Positions 1 through 20,269 of a stretch of 64,000 nt of DNA are shown one piece after another. This stretch comes from Paragordius varius. Its lineage: Eukaryota; Animalia; Nematomorpha. How positions within the stretch are numbered: position 1 is the stretch's first letter; every line of letters begins with the position of its first letter. The notes under the pieces are model-generated. The model did not search any database. It was not told the DNA's origin and saw only the letters and a program-made list of their open reading frames with translations. Both the position numbers and the translations under genes were made by a program. The stretch lies in assembly GCA_964247055.1 (NCBI GenBank), contig OZ176053.1, positions 6,014,001 through 6,078,000 of the forward strand, in the 5' to 3' direction.

Positions 1-94
1 ATCTAAATAAAATTTTATTTTGAAAAAGTTCCATGTCAAACTACTTCGACGCCATTTTTATTTAACAAAATTTATGCAAAATATCTTCATTTAA

Positions 95-671
95 CACTTC
101 GATTTAAATTGGGGTATCTAAATACCCAGACTATATCTAAGTTAAAATTTTTAAAAAACTACTGAAAGAAACGGTCCCAATTTAAATTTATGCTTCTATC
201 CTAATCCATATTATAAAAATAAGTCGAAATATCTAATTAAAATTTAATTTTGAAAAAAAGCTTTATATCAAACTACTTCGACGCCATTTTTATTTTACAA
301 AATTTTTCCAAAATATCGTCTTCATTTAATTTTAAGGGTAGAATTAAAGCTAATTTTTTATTTAAATTACATCTAACATTGATAGAAATAGAAAAAGCGG
401 GTTATTTTGCATTATTTTTTAATTTTACCATTGCACACATGTTACGTTGACTAAATTTTTACCTTTCGGTTTTAGCTTAAAATAGGTAATATCAAGTATT
501 TTTGAATAAAATATATATATTTCGGTTTATTAATGTTATATAGGTGCAAGATTTTGCCATGGTTTCGTTTCCTTCCATATTTTTTGAAGAATTATATTTT
601 AAACAGGCATGGGGTATTTAACTACCCCAAGTTGAATCGAAGGACTAAAATGAATGTGTTGTATCCAAGTG
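95..671 (+). mobile_element. piggyBac-like non-autonomous element (MITE), ~577 bp
   Basis: Flanked by TTAA (91-94, 672-675). Imperfect TIRs (left CACTTCGATTTAA, right reverse complement CACTTGGATACAA) plus inner inverted repeat AAATTGGGGTA/TACCCCAAGTT. Colinear copy at 60421-60995. Confidence 0.75.
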
Positions 672-779
672 TTAAAAATATGGAATAAATTATAACCATT
701 ACATTTTGAACTTATATAACATTGTGGCATCTAATTATAAAAAAATCATTAAAAAACTTTTATATTACTTTTTCTATGG

Positions 780-1096
780 ATAAAACCGAAAATAAAAATT
801 TAGCCATGACGTATGTGCATTAGCTAAATATAAAATAGATACAAATAAAACAACTATTCTGCTTATATTATTGTTTAATGTATTTTTAAAATAATTAACC
901 TTAATTTTCGCGCTAAAGTCAAAAAACGCGATATTTGCAATATGTTGCAAAAAAATGGCGACGAAGCAGTTTGGTGTAATTCTTTTCATTATAGAAGCAT
1001 AAATTGAAATTGAAACCGTCCCCGTCTTTAGTCTTTAATCAATTAAATTTTAATATACAGTCTGTCTTTAGATACCCCGATAAATAATCGAAGTTA
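780..1096 (-). mobile_element. Diverged inverted partial copy of the piggyBac-like MITE
   Basis: AAAAATGGCGACGAAGCAGTTTGG is the reverse complement of the family motif TCAAACTACTTCGACGCCATTTTT; the colinear reverse match extends to GATACCCC...AATCGAAG near 1090. Confidence 0.55.
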
Positions 1097-1199
1097 AATC
1101 TAAATATTAATAAAACTAAAAGGGGGCTTGGAGCTGAAAGACTGATAAGCCCGTTTAGATTTCAATGTAAAAGTAATTAATGATTTATAAATATGTCGA

Positions 1200-2040
1200 C
1201 AGTGAATAAGCCCTTTTATTAGGCCCTATTGCCCCACCTAAAAATCAAGCTTTTGAAATGGAAGTCCCTAAAAAATTAATCTTGACAGACGTTTTAAAAC
1301 AGGTCCATTCAGTTTCAATAATGTACTTTTTATCATTTTTACAAATGCAGGGTGAGCCCTAAGTTTAACCCCACACTATGAAAAATGGTATTTTTGGAAG
1401 AAAAATTGGCTTTAGCGCACGATAGCGGAAAGTGTCTAAGCACAATAAGCTTCAATAGTGTACTTTTATATTGTTTTTGAATTGCGCGGATGGTGTCTGA
1501 GCTTTCTTAAGAGTGGGGATTGAGTTTTGCGCCGCCCCGTGCAAAAATCGGTTTTTTTGAAAAAAAGAAGTGTCTAAATTTAGTTTATCAGAAGATTTCA
1601 GAAAACGTGTGGGGCCATTTAGTTTCAAAAGTGTTTTTTGTTTCTACACCGAGGTTGATTGAGACCTTCTTAAATTACTCAGTTTAGCCCCACACTTATA
1701 AAAATGAGGTTTTTTAATCAATTGTTATCTTTTGCACACGATAATGAATAATGTGTAGGCAATTAGTTTCAAAAAAGCTTTTTTAATTGTTTAACATTGA
1801 CGCCAAAAGTAACTAAGTGTCTTTTCTAATTTAGCGCCTCAACCATCCTTTTTAAATTAGCCTCCCCGCGACACGGCGCCCATGTAAAAATAGTTTTTTG
1901 AACAAATTTTGCTTTGGAACACAATTCCTAAGGTGAGGGCACCATCATCATTGTCAATATATTTTTATTGTTTTACAATTAAGCCGAAAGTGATTGATCC
2001 CCTTTTTAATTATTGCCCCACGATTCAGCCCATAGCGTGA
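1200..2040 (+). repeat. Degenerate tandem array of ~140-190 bp modules
   Basis: Motif GCCCC(A/G)..AAAAAT-N3-5-TTTTT(GAA) recurs at ~1231, 1369, 1534, 1687 and 1878, with a partial unit at 2015. A second motif AG(T/C)TTCAA..A.TGT..TTTT recurs at ~1311, 1449, 1621 and 1765. Confidence 0.5.
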
Positions 2041-2141
2041 TTATGAGCGTAAAATAATTTTAATATTGAAGTAAGTTTTACGAAGCGTGTCAAACATAAA
2101 AAGGTTAAGTTTTAAATTATTAAAGAACCATATATCCTAAA

Positions 2142-2674
2142 AACTTGTATAAAACACATTCATATCAGTCTTTCGATTCAAATTGGGGTCGTTGGGTACC
2201 CCAGGCATGTTTAAGATTAAATACTTCAAAAAATATGTAAGGAATTGAAACCATTGTAAATGTTTGCAATTATATAACATTAATGAACCAAAATCTAAAA
2301 AAATTAATTCAAAAAAACATGATATTACTTTTTTTAAAGTAAAACTTAAAGGTAAAATTAGTTAATAAGAGATGTGTGCTTTAGCTAAATTAAAAAGTAA
2401 CACAAAATAAACCATTTTTTCTATTTCAATCAATGTTAGATGTGATTTAAATAAAAAAATAGCTTTAATTTATGCGTTAAAATGTAATTGTGAAATAAGG
2501 TGTTGAGGTAGTTTTGTGTGCCAATCAAAAATAAATTTTAAAATATTTCGGCTTAGTTATGTAATTTTTATTAGGAAGGACTTATAAATATAAAATGGAT
2601 TGTTTCTTTCAGTACAAAATTAACAACTAATATATTGTCCGGGGTATTTAGATAACCCAATTTGAATCGAAGCG
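2142..2674 (-). mobile_element. piggyBac-like MITE copy, reverse orientation
   Basis: Reverse complement of the 95-671 element; ends CCCAATTTGAATCGAAGCG followed by TTAA (2675-2678). Confidence 0.7.
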
Positions 2675-4189
2675 TTAATTTAGTTAGAGTTTATGTATTA
2701 CAGTGCTAAACAAATATTTGTTTTATTTTCATCTAAATATTTGTATCTTAAATACTTTTTAAGATATTAAATTTCTTCGCTCTGGGAGATACTACTCCAA
2801 AAGGTAAAGGAGTGTTAAAATGTATTGCACAATCTTGGAATTTTACGATTATTATAAGAGAACTATCCCATTTAAAAGATCGTAAAAATTTGAGACTTTC
2901 AGCCCACATCTAAAAATTAAAATTTTTTGAAAATATTGATTTTCTTTTATATGTAATGTGTGATATATTTGGTGATATTTTTCGGAATGAATAAATTAAC
3001 TTTCACCAAAAAAAAATTGTTAAAATGCGCAAATTTTGTCATATTTCGTATAGGTCACTTGCTTAAAATTGTAATAATTTTAAGTCACTGTAGGTGTTAA
3101 AACCAAAACACCATTATAAATAAACATTATCCTATCAATATATATATATATACTAGCAATCTTGTGCTGCTACGCAGTCCGGGGGAGTTGCTATTTGAAA
3201 AAAGGGACAATAAAATAATCCACATATGTCAATTATTTCGATACATTATTTAATAGCTATGATCTCATAGGAATTTCAAAACGGTGCATTCATACTAATA
3301 TATTGTTTACTTGGGCGAAAAATAGATTCAAAAAATTATTTTTGTGGACTTTGTTTTTTGAAAAAATTGGCATTTTATGTTCGGCACAATCGAAAATAAG
3401 TAAACAAAAATCATATTTAAAATTGAATGGTTTAACACGTTCTCCGGAAAATTGTCTCAAAGCACGATTTTTGTGGACTTGTGTTTTCAAAAAAACCGTT
3501 TTTCACACAGGGTGGGCCCCAACCGATGACCTATTTCAAAAAAAGGGCGAAGCTAGGGGCAATTAATGTTTATATTTTTTCGATATTTGGATTTGAATGG
3601 GTCTACCGGTTTTCCTGAAACAGATCACAAAGCCAGCATTTTCCATTTTTATAAATATATAGATTACATCAGGATATTTTTTGTGTACACAGTGCGATGT
3701 GCCCCAATTTCGCTTTTCGATATAAAGCTATTACAGAGTGGTAATGACTTTAAATCACTCGTTAGCCTTAAAACCTAAAGCACCATGAGAGTCCTGATAT
3801 ATTTTTAATATATCTGGGTTTTTTTACCCCCCTGTTCATTCTGTATTTTAATGCTTTAAAGTTTTGATAGTCTTTCAGGTAACTGTTTGAATAAATTTAC
3901 TTTTACCTGATGTATTGTAATTTTATAGAGAGCGTTGATGTAGTTTATCATTATCGGATTTTACTCATATTGGGTAAAAATAATATTAATTTTTATTTGA
4001 AAAAGAGTATTTTATTGTATCACTAGGAAATACATTTTATTATTAATAAACTTTTCTGACACTATTATTTTACAGATAGTAGTAATTTTGAATTCAAATC
4101 ATAATTACGATTTTAATTAGCGTTGTCATACATTGTTATGGGAATAAATTAGAAAGTTCACCCCAACAGGAATCCAACTAACTCAAAAT

Positions 4190-4650
4190 AGCACAAAAAA
4201 TAAACATATTATCAATAAAAAGTTAACGCCTGTACAAACCGGTATACACGTCTCATACAACTTTATGGCATCGAGACATGGCCTATGACCGTCTCAAACG
4301 ATAAAAACTGATGGATATAGAAAAGTGAATTAAAATTTTCCCCCAATAGCTTAAATTCAAATTTAAAACAACTCTACCAAATTGAAGCCTTGAATATAAT
4401 GCTCAGAAAAAACACTGGATTTTTCGGACCCATCAAACGTGCTCTAGATAGACTAGTTAAATTTTATGACTATTATGCCAACAATCGCATTGGTAGAGCA
4501 ACTATTAGCTGTAAAAACAACAAATAATGACTTGAAGTTGCCAACATTGATGCTAAATCCATGGGATGATCGTATATATTATAGGCAGTTTCACACAAAA
4601 GATGATACGAAGAAAATATATAAATTTATTTTGAAAACTATTGAATAGCT
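4190..4650 (+). mobile_element. Old LINE (RTE-like) 3' remnant
   Basis: Frameshifted translation gives LYGIETWPMT, matching the LLYGxETW motif C-terminal to the LINE RT domain; similar to 45850-45960. Confidence 0.5.
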
Positions 4651-5790
4651 GAAATAAATCATTGGCTTCATCCAAATAAGGGTCCTATAAAATAGATTAT
4701 ATATATCCATAAGATATTGAATCTTTAACGTTATAAATTACCGAAAAGCATTTTTTCTATATTTTAAATATAAACATACTTGCACCCTCCATTTCATTCC
4801 CATCTAAAAATATAAATTATAATGTAGTAAATTTACTAACCGGATATGTTTTTTTTTATAAAATGTAAAGCACAAGTTTAAATAAGGGTAAAAAGAGCAG
4901 AATTTTAAAAAAAGTAACTTAAAAAAAGTTGGGATAACGAAAAATAAAATTTGGTTTAATGCAGATAACTGAAACTAAAAAATGACTTTTGGTTCTAGCA
5001 GAAAAAAACAAGAATTTTACTTTAGCGTGATATTTTTATTGCTTATGCATTTTTAGTTGGATTCTATAATAAATTCGGGTTTATAAGTTTTAAAATTGAA
5101 ACTTTTGGAGAAAATCGGTTATAAATGTAGAAATAATTACTTTTTATATAGGCATGATGTCTAATTCTCCCCAGATCTATATATACAAAACTTTTGAAAT
5201 CGTTAAATATTAACCAAAATCTTATGCTAAAAGCTACCCTATAGTTTAATTAATTGGCATCAATTTTTTAAGTTATATTTGTTACTAGAAAAAAATAATT
5301 TATATAAAAGTGATCCATAATTTTTCTCAATAGTTTTATTAAGAATAGATGGTAACTATAAATTACTTACGCAAATATCTGGCATAAGATATGTTCACGG
5401 CTATTCCAAGCAAAAAGAGCGCGACCGAGATAAATCCTGGAAGTTTCATAGTTATTTAAGACAATGGTAGATATATAAGCGAAATTCGCATTAAAAAGTA
5501 AAAGACTGGAAAAACCAACCATAACCAAATATTACCTACCTGGACAATGATATCAATGTAAATATAAATAGCACTCTTGATAACACTATTTACATAATAT
5601 TAACATACTATTCAAGTGCCTTTAAAAACCTGTCATATACGCAATATTTAACCCTAGGAATACACATTAATATAAAATGTATCTCTATATAACCAACTAA
5701 CCAGCCGGTATAAAAGCTACCCCATTCGTCAAGGTTAAACATATAAATAAGCGAAAATAGATGTACCTAAAATAGCCAAATTTTCCAAGG

Positions 5791-5794
<4 letters not shown>

Positions 5795-5832
<38 letters not shown>
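5795..5832. repeat. (TA)19 microsatellite
   Basis: Uninterrupted TA run read directly. Confidence 0.95.
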
Positions 5833-5833
<1 letters not shown>

Positions 5834-6957
5834 TGTGTGCAAAATTTTTTTTAACAAAATATTTTTTTTCATGAGATAGCTTATGACCAGCGAATTCATT
5901 CGCCATAAAATTTTTTATTTGTTTAAGACCTAGATTTTGAAATATTGGGAGAAAATTGAAATTGGGCAAAACGTGAAAATAAAGGATAAAATTATGGATA
6001 ATATAAAAAATAATGATAAAACTTGATTTATTATCATTTTACCCGATATTTATAATGTTTAAATAGCTTTAAATCATATAATTAGGGTTTTTATTGAAAC
6101 TCAGATAAAAAATCGTGGATTTCCTTTAACAAACTTTATGCAAATTTTTTTTATATAAAAATATATTAAAATATTTTTTAAATCATTTATTAGCTACTCA
6201 CTATTTAAATCCTAATATTTATATTTTATATAGTAAAAATACTTATATAACAAAATAAAATCAATATTCATTTTTTGTCATTAATTTATGAGTGTATAAT
6301 AAATTTACTATTGTTCTATAGAATCTTACATGAGCGAGAATACTAAAGTATAAAAATAATACAATAGAATTTACAAGGAGTGGAATAACCGAAAATCCGT
6401 ACAAATCCCAGTAAAAATATTAATTCAAACTTTTAACTGGTATTTGTGCGGATTTTTGGTTGATATTCCAATGCTTTTAAATCGTTAATTGTTTTAGACT
6501 ATATACTTTGCTATTCCCACTCATGTAAGAAATCAAAATAAAAAACAATATTTTATCAAAATTTGATATATAAGTTATTTTTACTGTATAATATATGTTA
6601 ATATTTTAATAGTAAGTTTAGCTAATAAATTTTCAAAAAAATTATTTTAATATAATTTTTTGCATATTAAGAATGGTAAAGGAAAAACACAATTTGATTT
6701 AAATTTCAAAAAAACTCTAATTATGATTTAAAGCTATTTATAAATTGTAAATATCTGATAAAATGATAATAAATCTTAACTCGAATTTTATCATTTTTTT
6801 TAAATATCCCTAATTATACTTAAATTTCACTTTAGGCCCAATCAATATTTCAAAAACTAGGTCGTAAAAAAATAAATTTTTTTACGGCAAATAAATATGC
6901 TGGTCATAAGCTATCTCATGAAAAAAAATTATTTGTTGAAATATTTTTTTCACACAG
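5833..6957. mobile_element. 1.1-kb foldback (fully palindromic) DNA element
   Basis: Ends CTGTGTG...CACACAG. Arms match in reverse complement all the way to a centre near 6420 (e.g. CATGAGATAGCTTATGACCAGC/GCTGGTCATAAGCTATCTCATG and TCTTACATGAG/CTCATGTAAGA). Confidence 0.8.
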
Positions 6958-7099
6958 TTATATACAACGAACGAAATCAATCAATAATTTTAACAAAATT
7001 AAAATTTTGACCGTTTTGTTAAAGTTTAAGTTAATACAAAGCAAAATTTTAACAGAATGTATTTATTACAATGACTATCGAATAAAATACAATTTATAT

Positions 7100-14581
<7,482 letters not shown>

Positions 14582-14625
14582 GTGAAAGTTTAAAATAAAA
14601 CCCAACTTTCTTTTGTAATTGGCAC

Positions 14626-17600
14626 ATGTTTTTAAAAAGTACTGCACATGCTTTGCTTCGGAGATTTTTATCAATTCAAACAGAAAAAATAGTTGATCAT
14701 AATTTATTAAATGAAATACCTAAAAGGTAAAATTTATTCATGATATATTTAGAAATTCTTTTAAAACGCCAAATGTATCAAACACTAAGGTGAGATCTCG
14801 TATATATGTTTGGGGTGGGAACCAGTATGGAGCTCTAGGTAAAGAAACATTATTGAGAAACAAACGAATCAAATACCAAATAAAATCTCCCATGTATTTA
14901 TATTTTCCTCAAGATGAAAAGGTTTTCTATTTTATTCATATGTTTATAGATAAATAGGGTTGCTTGCGGTTATGGATATACACTATTTGCATCAAATACT
15001 AATGTTTTTGGCTGTGGAATTAATGTTAACTCCCAAATTGGATTTTTTGAAGCTCGCAAAAATTCTGGTAAAATTTTTAAAATTTAAAATCTAACTAATC
15101 TGCTATTTGGGGATCTAGTGACATGCCCAACAATGTGACATGCAGCTCTTTTACGACCCTTATAAAAATTTTATAGAAAATTGTCCAGAGATTTTCAAAA
15201 TGTGGTAATTATATACCTAAAAGAATTTCAACACTAGAAAAAGTAACATGGTTAATATGGATATCAAAAATATAATTTTGGATCTTTAAAATTGAATATT
15301 TTCCTATTTTTGTTTTTAGATCAATAATAATTCAAAAAATTTGCTTTTTTGTATTTTAAATTTAAATTTTCCTCACCAAAAACTGGATTATATTGCCCAA
15401 ATATCCCTCTTTTTGTCCAATTCGGAAAGTTAATCTTTTGAATTTGACTGCCTAAAATAACTGATATTTAGATAATTTTTTGAAAATATAACACAATAAT
15501 AGATTAGCCTTGCATTTAATCGGGATGTATAAAAAGGAAAAAATATTATGATATAGAATTTTTTTATGACTATTATAATTTTTAGGACAAAGTTTGAAAT
15601 ATTTAATAAAACCGGTAAAACTTAAACTTACCGCTCCTAATTTAAAATCATCCATTGCGAATCCCTTAACAATCAAATCGATATCCGCTGGTCAAAATCA
15701 TTCCTGGATACTAACGCAACATGGAATGTTTAGTTTGGGGTGTAATAGGTAAATCTTATTTATGAAAAATATGATTTTACTCTAAATTTATTCATCATAA
15801 AATATATAAGACCATAAACCATTTATCAAGCAGTTCATATATGATAAAATAAACATTTGTTAATTAATAACAGTTTTTAAAATCCGTAATATAACGATAA
15901 GGGATAATTAAATAGAATTAAATGAAATTATAAATAGAAATTATAAACGATATGTGAAACCCTTCGTCAATAGTAATCGCAGACTAGTTTCGTGCTTGTT
16001 AGTATTTTCAAATTTTCAGTTTAATTTTCATAAATTACATTAAAATTTAATTTAAATTCGTATAACCAACTGCATTTATACCAAAATTGCAAAGTTGGAT
16101 ATATATACGAAATTGATATGTGAAAACCCCAAGTCAAATAGTTGTGTCGTACTGATGAGTGCTAACAAGCATGAAGTCTGCGATTACTATTGACGAAGGG
16201 TTTCACATATCGTTTATAATTTCTATTTATAATTTCATTTAATTCTATTTAATTATCCTTTATCGTTATATTATGGATTTTAAAAACTGTTATTACAAAA
16301 CATAACCAATCCGTTCATTACCATTACAATTTGTTAATTAATTTTCTTAAAAACATAATAAAGATAATTAAGAAGTTTAAAATCTCACATATTCATATTT
16401 TAATTATAGTAAACATTTAGGTTAGCATAAATTTTTTTTGTTAAATTATATTAAAATGACTTAGCTTTAATCAGATATTTTTATTGTATCTATAATCAAT
16501 CTGTGCAGAAAAAATAAATACAAAAAGATTCTTGCATAAATATAACTAACACTATAACATAAATTATATTGTCAATTTTGATATTGATAAGTGTCATAAC
16601 TACTTCATATATTTATTTTAATAGGTATGGGCAATGTGGCCGTCCCATCAATACAAACAAGGAATATGGGTAATAATTTTAAATCTTTTTCTATTATAAT
16701 TAATATGCCGGAAAATATTTTAAATTAATGCTTTTTTTGTTGTCTTCTAGAAACAAAAATAACTTGTATTTCATTCCATTCGATGATTCCAGCAAAAATG
16801 TATTTGGCCATTCTGGCATTAAAGACATCATTTGTGGGGAAAATGCAACTTACTTTTTGGGTGAACATGGCAACCTTTTTGCCTGCGGTCAAAATACATA
16901 TGGACAGTTGGGTGAGATTTTCTTATTAAAATGCCTATTTCATATTTTTGCACCATTTTTAATTTAAATTCTTTTGGGAGAAAGGCCATTTTGTTCGGCA
17001 TTTTTTTTAAATATGTGGAAACGAAAGCATAGAAAAAAAGTCTTTATATTGCAATTAAAACAGGTTCAGTTCCGGTCCATGGAACGTATCGTTAAAAAAC
17101 AATAATTTTAAGTAAATATTTTATTATTTAATTTGAAATCAATAAATTTTTTATTATTTTTGAACGAAATTTTGGCCTTTATTAGCTTATTGATTCAAAA
17201 TTTCAATTACACCAATAAATATAAATAACCGATAAAAAATTAAAACTATAGCTTAAGAATCAGTATTTAGCAGTTAACAAAGATTAAATATTAATTAATT
17301 TGTAAATTTAAAATGTTCAAAAAATCTGGCAGAATTTTTCACATAGCCATATATATAGCTCAATTTCTGACATTTATGGTTTACTTTTATTAAAAAAAAT
17401 GGTTGAATTATTTGATTTATTTTCGGTTAAAATCAATCTATTTTTCTACGGTTGTTTATTACAATGCGCCTGGATCATTGGGGAAAAATCGCGATTTTTT
17501 ATTGATGACCACATACTTCACAGGTTAAAACCTTTCCGTTTAAAACTATAAAATTTTGTTCTATGTTAAGGAATTGGCGCGAATTCCGCATCCACGCATG

Positions 17601-20018
17601 AAATCTCCAAAATAAATTTTCCTTTTTCACACAATGTTGGTCAAACATGTACGGAGGAACACATAATCAAAGTTTCATGTAGAGCTAATACTGTTTTGGT
17701 TCTTACTTCTCAGGGTAGAGTTTTTGGTTGGGGTAACTCAGAACATGGTCAATTTAATGCCTTTACAGGTGTTTTAAATTTTTAATTTATTTTTTTAATT
17801 ATTTTTAAAAAATACTTAGTATCTAGATCAACGCAATTGTTTTGTTACACTAATAACATATATAGAGTGTTATATTTTTCACTTAATTTTAATCGTTTGT
17901 TATATATGATTTTTGAATATTTTTTTTAAAAAATATTAGAATCATCTACCGTTGATAAACCGATCGAAATAAAGTTCCCGAATACCAATGATACAAATCC
18001 TGATAACACAGGTAATATCGATTGTCTTCCTTAGTTTTAAATTAAATGCAATAGCTAAAATAATTATTTATATTGGTTTTTTAATGTTTAAATATTTTTT
18101 TTATCGTTTTTTATTCCAAATTAATGATATATTCCGATTGATTTTATAAAGGCAATAAAAATTGTCAAATAATGATCGAAGATGTAGCCTGTACAAATAG
18201 TATGTGCGCCGCAGTAGATAAAAGCTCTGGTTCTGTATGGGTTTGGGGGATGGGTCCTATAGGTTTAGGGCCACTCGTAAAGTATAACCAACTCTTTTTT
18301 TAATAAATCAAAATTTTATTTAATGGAATATTTTTTCATATTTTTGTACAATGAAACGTGAAATTTATTTTTATAAGATTTTATTTTTTTCATTAGGTTC
18401 TGAAAGGCTGACACAAGAAAATTAAAGAAATAAAATCGCACTTTGGCATCCAAACCAAAAATTGCGATGATGTGGCATAAAATTCGACGCTAAACTGCTA
18501 TTTTTTGCTTTATTCTTATGAGTCTTGAGGGACCTTTTGGAAAATATAAAATCTTGTTTGATAATATTTTTCTTTTAGGATAATACTTTTAATATATATG
18601 AAATAAACAAATAAAATATAGATGACACGTTTTATCTAACGTTTTGTTAATCGGCCTAATTGTGAAAAGATGCGATTTTTCATTTTTAACTAATAGCAGA
18701 AATACGGTAGCGTATGGAGTAAAACAATATTAGTCCATAGAAGAATAAAAAATGTTTTTTTAAAAAACAATCCTAGTTGTAAATACACATAGTTATAATA
18801 TCCCCTTGTTTTTTTAAAAAAAACATTTTTTAATTCTTCTATGGACTAATATTGTTTTACTCCATACGCTACTGTATTAATACTTTCTAATAGTATTTTT
18901 GCCTATTTTTTTATTTCGTTATTCATAATATTGATGTTTTTTTTACTCTCTAATGATTAGGGTTGTGCTGACCTGGTCATGACCCGGTCAATTGACCGGG
19001 TCATGACCAGGTCAGTGACTATATTTTGACCATGGTCATTTCAGCTGATTTTTGAAAAACTGCTGGTAATTTTTTTTGGAAGAAAAAGAGTAAGTTATTT
19101 TAATATATTTTAAAAAAAATATAAATATTTAAATTTGCTTATTCATGCATCCTTAAAACATTAACATTTCAGTATATCCAGAAAAAGAAAACAATCCAAC
19201 TTTTTATAAAATATTCAATTATTCCATGTATGTGAACTAATAAAATGAATAAAACATTTTATAATTGGATTCAATGATCAAAGAAGGTGTAAAAGAAACA
19301 GGAAAAATTTTATTTGAAATATCCAGTATTAAAAGCGAGGTATTTAAATATTCAGAAGTAATATCATAATCCAATATCGCATGGTATATACTTAGGTAAA
19401 GTGGTCATGACCGGGTCTGACCGGACTTTTTTGAAAAAGCAGTCAAATGCACAACCCTACTAGTGATATATGAATAAAATTTATTTTTGTTACCATTTTT
19501 CATTCAAAAGCAACATTCATTAATCAAAACGCACCATTTTTTCAAGCAAATACTTGTGAAAAAATGTTGCGTTTGGATAAAAAACTCTGTTGTTTTTGAC
19601 CGAAAAAAAATATATTTATTAACTTTTATTTTGTAATAAAGTGACAAATGCTCCAAATAAATTAGTTTGTTTTAGATTTATATATCTATGTCACTCTTTT
19701 AGTTTTTCGCAAAAGCCTCAACTTTTACCACCTACACTTTTTCATTCTTCACCCGTGGTCCGTGTTGTAGCTGGTTATGATCATTTTTGTGCTCTGACTC
19801 AATCAGGCAAATTTTTCGTTTGGGGACATAATCGGGCCTCAGTTCTAGGTTTGGGTTCCGTTGCCCGAAATGCAGCTAAAAAGCCGGATCGTGATGATAA
19901 AACTTCACCCTATACGTTTCCACAACCCCTACCTTTGCTTACTGGACCTGGACAACAGCAATCGTCTAAAATAAAATGTCTTTCAGCTGGTTTTGATCAC
20001 ATGGCATTTGTGATTTAA
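14626..20018 (+). CDS. RCC1L: RCC1-like mitochondrial protein RCC1L/WBSCR16, 490 aa, 10 exons
   Basis: Exons 14626-14726, 14753-14921, 14950-15067, 15586-15748, 16625-16669, 16751-16911, 17571-17768, 17940-18011, 18152-18281, 19703-20018 (1473 nt, in frame). Motifs IYVWG, VACGYG, YGQCGR, FGWGNSE, PPTLF and GFDHM follow RCC1L in order; N-terminus MFLKSTAHALLRRFLS resembles a mitochondrial presequence. Confidence 0.9.
15865..16295. mobile_element. Young MITE with ~145-bp near-perfect TIRs in RCC1L intron 4
   Basis: TAATAACAGTTTTTAAAATCC...GAAACCCTTCGTCAATAGTAATCGCAGACT is mirrored almost exactly at 16165-16295; TSD not resolved. Confidence 0.8.
18958..19459. mobile_element. hAT non-autonomous element in RCC1L intron 9
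   Basis: TIRs TAGGGTTGTGC/GCACAACCCTA; 8-bp TSD CTAATGAT/CTAGTGAT (7 of 8 match); TGACC/GGTCA subterminal repeats. Confidence 0.85.
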
Positions 20019-20269
20019 AGGATGTGTATCAATACAAAATGATGAGATGCGCGGTAGATTAGGGATAACATCAAACTGTTTGAGAAAGCTAAAAGAAAGA
20101 TACAATTAAAATTTTAAATAAATGTATACTTATACTTATTATATATATATATCTATATATATCAACAACTAAATTGCACTGTGTAACGCGTCGATATGAC
20201 TGCAAAATGATTTGGAAATCGGATAAAAACACTTTACTTCATTTACTTTAGTTTCTGATTAGCTTAATA

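Noticed and set aside
250-450. Similar short ORFs at 250-450 and 60574-60756 suggesting a small gene family
   Set aside because: Both lie inside copies of the same piggyBac-like MITE; the similarity is DNA-level and there is no protein motif.
5697-5969. 90-aa ORF with an IYIYIY repeat
   Set aside because: It is the translation of the (TA)19 microsatellite and a foldback arm.
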